A stretch of 64,000 nt of DNA, taken from IMG/VR virus record IMGVR_UViG_3300037692_000137, positions 64,001-128,000 of that record; one strand, 5' to 3'. Shown here in pieces: positions 37,707 through 47,998 of this stretch (positions within the stretch are counted from its first letter, which is position 1; every line of letters begins with the position of its first letter). The notes below the pieces were generated by a model. That model was not told the DNA's origin. It did no database searches and was given only the letters and a program-made list of their open reading frames with translations. This stretch comes from a virus. Taxonomy: Duplodnaviria > Caudoviricetes. Both the position numbers and the translations under genes were made by a program.

Positions 37707-39260
37707 TTACGCGAAATCAAAGAATGTTCTCTGATTGATTTGGCTATTTGCCCCTGTCTCGCTTGCACCTAAACGTATATTAACAAATATTGGGTCGCTT
37801 GTCAAGCCAATATTTCCTACACTCTCACTATCATCAGCTGTGGCTACAACTAACATGTTGGCTACAGTATGATATAGATAGGCAGGAGGTGTATTACTAT
37901 CTATATCCGCGGCAGTTATACCTGGATACCATTCTATACCATTTTCTGGGGCTATACCAGCATTACTACCTGGCCCTACGGTGCCAAATCTAAAATAAGT
38001 GTCATTGTTGCCAGCCTCATGGTGTGAAAAACTTCCATGACTCTGTAAACCAAATTTTATTGAGCTTGCCTGTACAGCTCCGGAAACAATTTCAAACATA
38101 ACGCATTTAACTGGACTCTCAGTAGACACAGTAACGTTTCCATAATTAAGGCTGGTTATATCATAGGATTTTGGTTTAGGTCCTGAGCATATGATATTAA
38201 ACTCATCACGTATGCCTAAGTAGTCAGAAGGCCCTGTGGGCTCAAATTTAATATATAGGCCTCTTGTACCTAATCGTACCCAATTACCCTCTGATGGGGT
38301 CGTGGCGGCTGCTCCCATGTCCCCTCTTGTGGATGAGTAAGCAAACATAGCAGAACCTGCTGGATCTGTAACATTAGTGCCACTAGTATAGTCAGGTTTA
38401 TAGCAAGGTACTGTCCAATATCCCGCTGAGAAAACAGCATCTGTAAACTTAATCATAAGCCCACGAGTACCTATCTTATACCAATGGTTTGCATATAGAA
38501 GCTCTGTGGCTACAGTAGAGTTATCCGCAGAAGGAGATGCTGACCAAGTCATCATAGGCACATTACCTGTTCCTCCGCCCATAGTGGTTCCATTAGTTAT
38601 ATCTATAGTTATGGTGTATGTCGTATCCGCACTATCATTATATACACCTCCGGTGGTCATAATACCACCGTAGGTAATAACTTTTGAGGCTGTACCTATC
38701 CCTCTTGCGGCGTCATTATCATTAGTTATGACTACCTTGTATGTTTCATCAAAGAAGCCCTTATACGTTCCGGAGACTGTTACTGTTCCAGCAAAGGTAT
38801 TAGCTGTGGCTAAACCTCCAACCTCACTTTTTGTGCTAAAACCTAGTGTGGCATGCACCGTATTTGTGCCACTTATAACAGCAACAGTCGATGCTACTCC
38901 CATAGTACCCGAGTATATTTTAAAACAATTACCTTGACCGGCTGTATTAGTCCACTCACAAACGGCCTTATCCCAGCGCTCATCACTCTTACCTAAGTCA
39001 TGCATTTTTTCTGTAATATCTTTAGCCACAAATCTCGGATCAAGAGCTGTACCAGGATAAAGAGTGATGTATGCACCAGGATCTCCATCCATTGATAAGT
39101 AAAGCCTGTTATTAGCAGGACCTATAGTAAATGTGTCCCCTACAGCAGCCGTAGCAGTAGATGAAGCACGGGCTCCAACACAGCCGGCGCCCCTTCCGTC
39201 ACCGTAGTCACCTGCTGTGGCCGGATCAATTTCTACCCATCTTGTAATTACGCCGCTCAT
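37707..39260 (-). CDS. Virion structural protein (tail or baseplate associated)
   Basis: 517 aa, G/T/A-rich; internal repeat WxxxGTRGLxIKF; AAGGAGG RBS. Confidence 0.6.
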   Translation of the reverse strand: MSGVITRWVEIDPATAGDYGDGRGAGCVGARASSTATAAVGDTFTIGPANNRLYLSMDGDPGAYITLYPGTALDPRFVAKDITEKMHDLGKSDERWDKAVCEWTNTAGQGNCFKIYSGTMGVASTVAVISGTNTVHATLGFSTKSEVGGLATANTFAGTVTVSGTYKGFFDETYKVVITNDNDAARGIGTASKVITYGGIMTTGGVYNDSADTTYTITIDITNGTTMGGGTGNVPMMTWSASPSADNSTVATELLYANHWYKIGTRGLMIKFTDAVFSAGYWTVPCYKPDYTSGTNVTDPAGSAMFAYSSTRGDMGAAATTPSEGNWVRLGTRGLYIKFEPTGPSDYLGIRDEFNIICSGPKPKSYDITSLNYGNVTVSTESPVKCVMFEIVSGAVQASSIKFGLQSHGSFSHHEAGNNDTYFRFGTVGPGSNAGIAPENGIEWYPGITAADIDSNTPPAYLYHTVANMLVVATADDSESVGNIGLTSDPIFVNIRLGASETGANSQINQRTFFDFA

Positions 39261-39288
39261 ATTTGAACCTCCTTAAACATTAAATGTA

Positions 39289-39903
39289 TTAATTATTACT
39301 TATTGTAAAATCCCAGCTAAACGCAGGTAACTGATTACCACTGTAGTCCTTTATACCACTCACTGTTATGGTGTATGTATGACCATATAGATACTGCATT
39401 GTTTGTGGCCTAATCTCAGCACCTAGATTTGCCCAACCTATTGGAATTATGCTAGAGGTCAAATCATAGTGATCGTATTCTTTTGTTGTAAAATATGTTG
39501 TAATTCTTTCTGAGTGGGGGCATATAGCAGTATTTGATGCTGCTGCTGATACTAATATCTCGTTACCTGCACCCCAATCCTTAGTAGGATCTCTATATAA
39601 AATATGGTATCCAAATAAAAATGAGTAAGCCTCCTCTAAAATTTCGTCATCATAATTTGATATATGTAAAGTTAAGTCTACCGCCCCGCTTATATTTAGC
39701 GGACCCGTTTCTATTATATAGTAGTTAGCTCCCAAACCTGATACACTTGTTGGTAAAATAGCGTCATTAAATATGTAGTATGTATTTAATGGATTTACAC
39801 CAGATACAGTAGTATCATGAACTGTAGACGAAAATATAATGGGTGCTTCTACATATACCCAGTCATTGAGGCTTATTGCTAAATCCTCTATAGTTATTGA
39901 CAT
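39289..39903 (-). CDS. Ig-like domain virion protein
   Basis: C-terminal YGHTYTITVSGIKDYSGNQLPAFSWDFT resembles an Ig-like (Big_5-type) strand pattern. Confidence 0.55.
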   Translation of the reverse strand: MSITIEDLAISLNDWVYVEAPIIFSSTVHDTTVSGVNPLNTYYIFNDAILPTSVSGLGANYYIIETGPLNISGAVDLTLHISNYDDEILEEAYSFLFGYHILYRDPTKDWGAGNEILVSAAASNTAICPHSERITTYFTTKEYDHYDLTSSIIPIGWANLGAEIRPQTMQYLYGHTYTITVSGIKDYSGNQLPAFSWDFTISNN

Positions 39904-39927
39904 TTAGTTCCTCTATTATTTAGATAG

Positions 39928-42534
39928 TTACATTATTCGTAGTATTATAGGCCTTGTGCTTATGTTAACACGATGCCTATCTACATCTAAAGTAATACTT
40001 TCTATATCTATTCCAGCATCATCTATCGCATATACATTAATTGACACCTCTCCTAATTTTCTATATACTCCGGATTTACACGCTGCCGGAGAAAGAGATT
40101 CCAAATCAAACCATGGGCCGCTACTAGCTACACAGTGAAAACGATAAGTATCGAATAAGTAGTTAGCTTGATCTGAAGCATCCTTAACACGGATAGCCAC
40201 CTCAACTGTTTGGCCAAAGTGAAAATTTATCTCTGGTGTGTATTTAATATGGTAGCCTTGTGCAATGGTAGTTACTGTGGGAATCTTTCTTCTATTATTA
40301 ACGTAAAATTCTAAACTACTTATATCCACCCCAACATTAAGATCAAGTAAGTCAAACTCTATATCCGTATCCACAGGAACATCTAAGGACTCTCTGGCTG
40401 GCAGTTCGTTAGTAATAAATGGTGCTTTATAATCAGCTATTGTTTTAAACCAGTAGTCTATCATTATTCTATTAGGTATAGGGGCTTTATCATATAAAAC
40501 TATATACACGTATACAACGGCGTTAGAGTGAAAAAATGCTATAGGTGTTACTGTTATATCCAACCCTAATAGCCCGCCTCCGGCGTCGTAGGTGTTTACA
40601 ACTATATTAGCAGTATCAGCATATTCTATGAAGCCTGTGTCGCCAGCATAAGACACCTCTCTAACTTTAAAAGACAACGAAGCTGCATCAAGGTCATAAC
40701 CAAATGGTGCCAGTCTGATCCATACTGTAGTATCAACACTGTTCTTCTCTGACCAAAATTTAGGTATGGCGTCTATTAAGAACCTAAATTGATTTATGGT
40801 TACAGCGTCTTTATTTCCAGAAGACATGTGCCTACTTATGTATGTTTGACTAAGCTGTAATGTATCTGTTTTAGTAGGTAACTGTTCTAGCAGTATAATA
40901 CTTTCAAAATCCTCAGCCTGCATAAATTTAGAGGTACTTGTAAAGTCCAAAATTTGCTTTATTAATGGGGCATTGCCTGCGGGTAGTGGGTAATCTCCGT
41001 CCCCTCCTGGAAACCAAAATTTACTTAAGGATTTTAGAATATATGTTATATAAAGGCCCACTAATTGTTTTAAAATGGTGGTACATCCAACAGTATCCAA
41101 CTTTTGTGTTATTACACCAGGATAAGTTACATGAATATATTTTTTTAGTAAGTCTAAGGATAAATTACCCCAAATATATTGACTTCCTGTATAGGTGCTT
41201 GACCCGGCTGCTCTGGTAGTTAATAGTATTATATCACAACAAGAATCTGCAATATTGGGATCATACCAACCACTGGTATATGTTAATGACGCTATACCGC
41301 TGCTATCTGTAGTATCTTGTTTATTTATATCATCATAGTTACCACTTGAATCACCAGAAACCTTATCAAAGAATACCACTATTCCAGGCAGGGTGTTACC
41401 ATATTGGTCTCTGACTAACGCGTACACCGTTGTTTGCTCTTGGTTATGTAAAGTACTGGTTGGGGCTGACCACATGGCTAAGGAATCTACATAAGGTATT
41501 ATACTGTCTTGTTGATAATTGTAGTTAGCCCAAGTATAATCAGATTGTGTGCCATTGTCATTTCGTAAAGTAGTTTCTTTTTGTAATCTGTAAACAACGG
41601 TGTTTGTAAAATCTATATCATACGTGATTATTGCTGTCATGTTATCTGATTTGGTATTAAGTATAGACTGTGACTTTTTAATTTCAAAATCATCTATATC
41701 TACATACAGTATGTTACTACTTTTAATAAAGGCTACTGTGTTAGTATAAGGTATACCATATCTTGACGCTATAACATCTTTATACAAACCACTACTATGC
41801 TTATCCATTACGGCGCCGGAAGTTGCATTTAATCTAAATAGTGTGCCTTTAGTTGTGTCACCTGAGTCACCTATATTACTAAAAAGTAATATATCTTTAT
41901 AGTATGTTATAGGGTCATAAGAATTATAGTAGTTACTGGGTGCGGACGGGCCACCAGAAATAGTGGTCACTATATCAACTCTTGATCCTGATATAGCTGT
42001 TATTAAGACCATTTCAAAAGCGTTAATATTATTTGCATGACTGCTTGGACCTAAATAAATAGTATCGCCTACAACCATACGAGCAGTGCTGGATACGTTT
42101 ATATAGCCTGTGCCGGAAGCAGTGGGCGCTGAAAAACCTGTATTGTAATGTTCTAAAGAAGCAGTATAGCAGTCAAAATTATCAGAACCGCTATCTGTTA
42201 TATTTAATGTTTGTACTAAGTCTAGCCTATTAGAGGTATTATTTAATTCCCAACGTTTTATAGTACAATTAGAGTCATCCACACGCTGCAGTGTGAAAAA
42301 GGGCATACCATCTGATAATGATGAGGTATTAGTAGGTCCTGTATAAATAAATGAATCAACAGTAGAATTTTGTGGTATAGTAGGGTTTAAAGTATAGTTT
42401 CCTTGCACAGCCCCAGATGAATTACGTATCTGCATAACAGCAGCAGCATTTGTAGTGTCAATACTACCAAAGGTGCTGGTAATTGGTGCTATACAAAAAT
42501 TACCATATTTAAAATCTATATTTTCATAAGCCAT
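39928..42534 (-). CDS. Appendage protein paralog A (no lectin insert; Ig-like domains)
   Basis: MAYENIDF N-terminus shared with paralogs; VRDQYGNTLPGIVVFF...TTDSSGIASLTY invasin Big_1-like domain. Confidence 0.6.
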   Translation of the reverse strand: MAYENIDFKYGNFCIAPITSTFGSIDTTNAAAVMQIRNSSGAVQGNYTLNPTIPQNSTVDSFIYTGPTNTSSLSDGMPFFTLQRVDDSNCTIKRWELNNTSNRLDLVQTLNITDSGSDNFDCYTASLEHYNTGFSAPTASGTGYINVSSTARMVVGDTIYLGPSSHANNINAFEMVLITAISGSRVDIVTTISGGPSAPSNYYNSYDPITYYKDILLFSNIGDSGDTTKGTLFRLNATSGAVMDKHSSGLYKDVIASRYGIPYTNTVAFIKSSNILYVDIDDFEIKKSQSILNTKSDNMTAIITYDIDFTNTVVYRLQKETTLRNDNGTQSDYTWANYNYQQDSIIPYVDSLAMWSAPTSTLHNQEQTTVYALVRDQYGNTLPGIVVFFDKVSGDSSGNYDDINKQDTTDSSGIASLTYTSGWYDPNIADSCCDIILLTTRAAGSSTYTGSQYIWGNLSLDLLKKYIHVTYPGVITQKLDTVGCTTILKQLVGLYITYILKSLSKFWFPGGDGDYPLPAGNAPLIKQILDFTSTSKFMQAEDFESIILLEQLPTKTDTLQLSQTYISRHMSSGNKDAVTINQFRFLIDAIPKFWSEKNSVDTTVWIRLAPFGYDLDAASLSFKVREVSYAGDTGFIEYADTANIVVNTYDAGGGLLGLDITVTPIAFFHSNAVVYVYIVLYDKAPIPNRIMIDYWFKTIADYKAPFITNELPARESLDVPVDTDIEFDLLDLNVGVDISSLEFYVNNRRKIPTVTTIAQGYHIKYTPEINFHFGQTVEVAIRVKDASDQANYLFDTYRFHCVASSGPWFDLESLSPAACKSGVYRKLGEVSINVYAIDDAGIDIESITLDVDRHRVNISTRPIILRIM

Positions 42535-42542
42535 GAATCACC

Positions 42543-45500
42543 TCAATTATACTGGGTAGCCGTTCCTTCTATAATTACCGGGGTTACATCTGTACCTGAC
42601 TTATACACCGTTGTTGCTTTTCCTGTAGCAGAGTAAGCATCTGTATATACTTGTGGTATCGTTATATAACCGGTAGCATTGTCGTCTGTAAAAGACACCG
42701 GTTTATTAATCATACCGTTACCATACTGATCTTGCACAATTGCTGTTATTACAGAAACACTTTTACCGTCTGCTGGTAAAATTATGGGCTCCGCGCCTAA
42801 AGTTATAAAATCTACGAAAGGCCTTATAGGTGCTGTTTGATAATTGTAAGTAGCCCAACCATTATTGGTTCCATAATAAGTAGCCTCTAATTGTAGCCTA
42901 TACATGGTGCCTCCATTTATGGCTAAATCGTATACAGCTATGTTAGTTACCTGGTCAGCCCTTATGTTATCCATATTCATAACACCAAAAGAGGTAGCCA
43001 GTTCACCTATAGATCCATTACCTGAGGTGTATAATAGGTCATCAAAGTAAACACCATTATTTATTAGGGAGTTCGCTGTAGCGCCCAAAGATAAGGTCAC
43101 CTGACTATTATAATCCGGTAGCACAGACAAAGAGTTCCATGAATCCTCATATACCCCCGATATAGTGGTTTTGTAGTCAAAAGTTAGTATGTTATCCGTT
43201 TTTGTTACTTTTAAAAAGTAACTTGGATAGGTGGTCAAATTTAAGTAAAGAACCACTTCTGAAACTAGCGTATCATTAGTTTTAATATATGCATTAATAC
43301 TGTCATGGAGTACTTCAGAATAGTTTACTACTTCATACGTTTTTACAAGTATATCATCTAAACCAGTCCCAGCCCCACCTGTATATGAGGCGTGTGAATT
43401 AAAAACGCCTTGTGTTGGAATCCCAGCTGCGGCGGTGGGGGAGACATAATCCCAATTAGTTGGCTCTGTACTAAAATCAATCCATACTTTAAAGTATATA
43501 AAGTCGTCTGAACGTGCCATACGCACATTAAACCAAGTACCGTAGTAGTTATAATAGTTATATTTGGTGCTAGTAAATAAAGTGGTTATTACACCATCTA
43601 CATAGCTATATACTCTGATATAATTATCAGTGTATGAATAGGTTCTCATATAAACTGCTAACTTATTAGCTACCTCTAAATGAATGGGTGAGACCCAATA
43701 TTGATCATTACCTACTCCTCGGCCATGATTTTTAAATCTAAATTGTATGTCCCATTTTGTTCCAAAGTTAATTGTGTCTGTAGTTCTAGCAGAGGCATCG
43801 TCTGTCATATGATTCAAATAACCATTTGTATACACAGTGGTACCTACCAGTGAAGTCCATTGCACGTCGGCCAGAGAAAAATCGTCACTAAACACATTGG
43901 TAGTGATATCTGTTGTTACTAAATTTGAAATATTAATAGCGTCAAGACCGGTGCCATTGGCGACTGTATATTGGGCCCACGAGTAAAATTGACTTTGACT
44001 TGGTAAATCGGCGGTGGCTGCTTCTGAACTAACATAATCCCATATAACAGGTTCAGTAACACTGCTCATCCAAACTCTAAAATAAAGTTTATTGTTGGTT
44101 CTTATTAGTCTAACGCTAAACCATGTTCCATATAAATTGTAGTAATTATATTTTTGATCTTTATATAATTCGGTACTAACACTGTTTATACGTTTGCTTA
44201 ATTGAACATAGTAACTTGATGAAGCATTGTAAGTGTACATTACTACAGATAAACGGTTATTAGTGTCAATATATAATGGGTTTACAAGGTAAGTGTCATT
44301 AGATGAGCCCCTACCGCTATTTTTAAACATAAAAACTATATTGTAGTCATCCACATAATTTATGGTATCTATAGTTCTAGCTATTGCACCGTCTGTGGTT
44401 TGTTTAAGATACCCTAAAGAGTAATCAGCCACACCTATTACGTTTTGCCAATTGCCGCCGCCGAGAGTAAAGTCTTCTTCAAATATTGTGCTTGTATAAC
44501 CAGCAGTGTAGGAAATACCAAAATTGTAGGTATTGTTGGATGTGCTGGCTACTTCGATGTAATGTTCTAAAGATCCGGAAGTTCCTGAAAAAGAGGTCAC
44601 GCTGCCGACAGTACCGCTAACCTGTACTTCAAAGTCCCCTATTAAGTGGTAATTAGACTCAATAGAGTTGTGTCCGGTAGCCGCGGTGCTGCAAGACAAC
44701 ATGTTATTTAGTATCTCAGGGGCACCGTTAGTAACTGACCATAAGTCATTTCTTGGGGCTGCATGATCAACACCAGTGAAGTCATCGTTGAAGCTTGTAG
44801 CATCGGTTAAATTTATCAGGTTTGACATATCCAATAATTTGGCATTGGTGTTTTTAACATAAACTAATGAGTGCGCGTCAGGGTAATTAGGCAGTACATT
44901 TTGAAATCTATAGAATGTAGCAGCATTCACATCTTTATAGTCTACGTCAACTATTGATGATAAAAAATGGCCTGAGTAAGAGTCAAACCTAATTAAAGTC
45001 CCTTTAGAAGGGTCTATACCATCATAGTTATTAAACACAAAAAAGCTATTACACAGGCACACTAAATCACCGTTGCTATACTTATACAGTGTGTTTGTGG
45101 TTAAAGTTATCTGGCCAGCTATAACAGTAGCTACTTCTACTTCCTCGCGTTGCTTATTGTTATTTGGACCAAGTATTAATTTTGTGCCAACTGTAACTGC
45201 ACTATCATAATACTCATTTATGTATAATGTATCGGTGTGTGTATTAGCTATGGAGGTTATGTATGTTTTATAGTGCTCTACACCAAAGGCTTCGGCGGAG
45301 TAAATAAAACCTGAGCCGCTTATATATTCTAAAGTGTCTATTAATACGCATATAAAGTTTTTAATTGCCCATTTTTTAAATAGTAATCCGCCTGATGGGT
45401 GGTTTTGTAAAGACCAGAAATAGTAGCCATCATACTGTAAACTTTTTACTGCAGTGCCTACATCAGTATCTGTTGGATATTCAAATGCGGTATCTCCATC

Positions 45501-45605
45501 ATCTACTTTGCATACTAAAGTATTTTTTGTTTCATCTAAAAAATAGAAGTAGCTATCTATTACTACAAAGTTAGCTTTCGATAACTTAATATTTTCATAA
45601 GCCAT
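42543..45605 (-). CDS. Appendage protein paralog B (three lectin-like domains, two nested)
   Basis: MAYENIKL N-terminus; tandem duplicated FKNxGRGxxND...YGTWFxVR...EPxxWDYVS domains; C-terminal Big_1-like domain. Confidence 0.6.
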   Translation of the reverse strand: MAYENIKLSKANFVVIDSYFYFLDETKNTLVCKVDDGDTAFEYPTDTDVGTAVKSLQYDGYYFWSLQNHPSGGLLFKKWAIKNFICVLIDTLEYISGSGFIYSAEAFGVEHYKTYITSIANTHTDTLYINEYYDSAVTVGTKLILGPNNNKQREEVEVATVIAGQITLTTNTLYKYSNGDLVCLCNSFFVFNNYDGIDPSKGTLIRFDSYSGHFLSSIVDVDYKDVNAATFYRFQNVLPNYPDAHSLVYVKNTNAKLLDMSNLINLTDATSFNDDFTGVDHAAPRNDLWSVTNGAPEILNNMLSCSTAATGHNSIESNYHLIGDFEVQVSGTVGSVTSFSGTSGSLEHYIEVASTSNNTYNFGISYTAGYTSTIFEEDFTLGGGNWQNVIGVADYSLGYLKQTTDGAIARTIDTINYVDDYNIVFMFKNSGRGSSNDTYLVNPLYIDTNNRLSVVMYTYNASSSYYVQLSKRINSVSTELYKDQKYNYYNLYGTWFSVRLIRTNNKLYFRVWMSSVTEPVIWDYVSSEAATADLPSQSQFYSWAQYTVANGTGLDAINISNLVTTDITTNVFSDDFSLADVQWTSLVGTTVYTNGYLNHMTDDASARTTDTINFGTKWDIQFRFKNHGRGVGNDQYWVSPIHLEVANKLAVYMRTYSYTDNYIRVYSYVDGVITTLFTSTKYNYYNYYGTWFNVRMARSDDFIYFKVWIDFSTEPTNWDYVSPTAAAGIPTQGVFNSHASYTGGAGTGLDDILVKTYEVVNYSEVLHDSINAYIKTNDTLVSEVVLYLNLTTYPSYFLKVTKTDNILTFDYKTTISGVYEDSWNSLSVLPDYNSQVTLSLGATANSLINNGVYFDDLLYTSGNGSIGELATSFGVMNMDNIRADQVTNIAVYDLAINGGTMYRLQLEATYYGTNNGWATYNYQTAPIRPFVDFITLGAEPIILPADGKSVSVITAIVQDQYGNGMINKPVSFTDDNATGYITIPQVYTDAYSATGKATTVYKSGTDVTPVIIEGTATQYN

Positions 45606-45616
45606 TACAGACCTCT

Positions 45617-47488
45617 TTAGTTAGTCTGCTCAACAACGGCGGTTATAGTAACCTCACTGGCTGTGATACCTGCTCTATAAACTGTTTGTGCCATACCATT
45701 AGAGTCTGTATTTATCTGTGTGCCGGCCGTTATCGCACCATCACCGTTTTCCGAAAAAGTTACTCTTCTTCCGGGAATGGGTTGTAAAAATTGGTCCTTT
45801 ACATAGGCAGTGATATCTGAAGTACTTAAATTATTAGCTGCTATTATAGCCGGCGATGCAGCTAATGATATAGAAGTTACAAATGATGCTAGTGGTGATA
45901 GCTGGTAATTATAACCAGCCATACTACCACCAGCGTCTGCTGTAGTTTGTAGTCTATAAATATTACTATTGTCTATAGCTAAATCATATACGGGTATAAC
46001 TGTTATTTCATCACTTTGAATGTTTTCCATAACCATAGAGCCGTAAAAGGGTAGACTAGTTGCTGTAGTATACCAAACCGTTTCCCCGGATACGTATGCT
46101 ATATCATCAAAGGTGGCTGTTACTGTGCTACCAAGTGTATTTTTTAAACCAAGTAGGAGTTTACATTCAGTATCAAACATCTGCACAGTGCCCATAAAAT
46201 CCCAATCTTCCACACCTTTTTTATAGTAGAAACTTACATTGTCTGCTGCTCTACTAATTCTAAACATATAGTTATCAACCAATCCGCCGCCACTATATGT
46301 GGCTACCGCACTAAAATCTATATTTTTATCGGCTTTATAGGATGTAACATTGAAGTTATTTATACCTAACTGGTCAGCTATTTCGTCATTATTAGCTCTG
46401 GCTATATAGCAATACCTATTAGTTTCATTTGGGAACCATAAACCAAACATGTGTGTAAAGTAGTTAGCACCTGAGTAAGTAGTATTGTAGTTATTTAAAG
46501 ACCCTGTAACAGTCACATCAAAGTTTCCACGTAGGTAGTAGTCAGATACTACACTTTCTTGTCCTGAGGCCGTACTGGTGTATAATTGATTACTTTGTAT
46601 CGTAGGCGCTCCTGAAAGTATAGACCAGTTATCAGTATTAGGTGTTGAACCATTAGCCCCTGTGAAAGAGTCATTGGATTCAGTAGCATCATATAACATG
46701 GACAAGTCTGCTCTTGTGTCAACAAACAAAGTATTTGTGCCTTTAATATAAGCTAGGGTGTCAATGTCACCATAAGCTGTGAATGAGCTTATTTTATGAA
46801 ATGTGCTTGCCTGTATGTCTTTATATTGCCCGCCGGGGTATTTAGTTATATAAGCGCCTGTATGAGAGTCAAACTTATACAGAGCACCGGTACCTGTATT
46901 AACACCGTCACTATTATTTATTAACCAGATATACTTATGAAAACCTACATCATCATCAGTATCATAGCCATACACTAATGGGGCTGTCAAACTTACTCCG
47001 CCAAATATAGTATCAGAGACAGTCACTAATTCGTAGTCATCATTTGAATTAGGACCAATGTATAATGTACAACCAGCTATGATATCAGGTCTATCGGAAT
47101 ACTCATTTAATAGTATCTCTGTAGAACCTGAGGCCGCTGAATCTGTAAGTTTAGTATGATAATGTTCTATGGTGAAGGTGTTAGCATTATATGTATGGCT
47201 ACCATCATTAGTTAACGTAATGGTTTGTTGTAATTTACAAACGTAGTTGTCTATAAGCCAACGTTTAATTACCCTACCGTCTGCCTTAGACTCTAATGTC
47301 CAAAAATACAGACCATCATACTCAGTGCTTAATACTGTTTGTGTTAATACGGTGTCTAATGGATAAGAAAAGGCGGTATTACCATCATCAGTTTTTTGTA
47401 ACAATGCATCTTGATCTTCATCAAATGTTAAAAAGTAACCGTCTAATGTGGTAAAATTTGGTTTTCTTAACTTAATATTATCTGCCAT
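45617..47488 (-). CDS. Appendage protein paralog C (single lectin-like insert)
   Basis: MADNIKL N-terminus; DSFTG...NWS...FDDIAY ConA-like insert; C-terminal Big_1-like VKDQF...TDSNGMAQTVY. Confidence 0.6.
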   Translation of the reverse strand: MADNIKLRKPNFTTLDGYFLTFDEDQDALLQKTDDGNTAFSYPLDTVLTQTVLSTEYDGLYFWTLESKADGRVIKRWLIDNYVCKLQQTITLTNDGSHTYNANTFTIEHYHTKLTDSAASGSTEILLNEYSDRPDIIAGCTLYIGPNSNDDYELVTVSDTIFGGVSLTAPLVYGYDTDDDVGFHKYIWLINNSDGVNTGTGALYKFDSHTGAYITKYPGGQYKDIQASTFHKISSFTAYGDIDTLAYIKGTNTLFVDTRADLSMLYDATESNDSFTGANGSTPNTDNWSILSGAPTIQSNQLYTSTASGQESVVSDYYLRGNFDVTVTGSLNNYNTTYSGANYFTHMFGLWFPNETNRYCYIARANNDEIADQLGINNFNVTSYKADKNIDFSAVATYSGGGLVDNYMFRISRAADNVSFYYKKGVEDWDFMGTVQMFDTECKLLLGLKNTLGSTVTATFDDIAYVSGETVWYTTATSLPFYGSMVMENIQSDEITVIPVYDLAIDNSNIYRLQTTADAGGSMAGYNYQLSPLASFVTSISLAASPAIIAANNLSTSDITAYVKDQFLQPIPGRRVTFSENGDGAITAGTQINTDSNGMAQTVYRAGITASEVTITAVVEQTN

Positions 47489-47498
47489 CTATAAACTC

Positions 47499-47996
47499 CT
47501 AGTTAAAAGGATTTTTCCAGCTAATTAAATACTCATAAGGATCACCTGAGATACGGACTTGATCTGTTATATTAAAGTCAACCGCCCCGTTATTAAGTGT
47601 AATCCTCATATCGGACAAGTCCAACCCTGAAGAAGGTAAACTATCCTTTATTTTAAAAGAAACTAATGTACTAGGTAATATACCTGTACCAGTCGGTGTT
47701 ATATCTGTAATTTCTGGCTGGTACTTATCTTGTGCAAACTCTGACCAGTCTATATACTTACAAAGGTCAGCCACAGCTTTTTCAATTTCAGCATCCAGTG
47801 TTTTTTCTGTGATGTCATAGACTACTTTGGTAGGTACTTTGCCGCCGTTAGCTGCGGGATAGGTGGTACCCACCTCTAAAATCCATTTAGCGTCACCTTC
47901 GGCGTCCCTACTTTTAAGGGTGTATTGTTTAAAAGTAAAATTAAACTTTACACCCTTAGTAGAGTTAAGGCTATGTCTTACAAATACTTCAGCCAT
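47499..47996 (-). CDS. Hypothetical structural protein
   Basis: 165 aa; C-terminal half resembles the Ig-like ends of paralog A. Confidence 0.6.
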   Translation of the reverse strand: MAEVFVRHSLNSTKGVKFNFTFKQYTLKSRDAEGDAKWILEVGTTYPAANGGKVPTKVVYDITEKTLDAEIEKAVADLCKYIDWSEFAQDKYQPEITDITPTGTGILPSTLVSFKIKDSLPSSGLDLSDMRITLNNGAVDFNITDQVRISGDPYEYLISWKNPFN

Positions 47997-47998
47997 GT

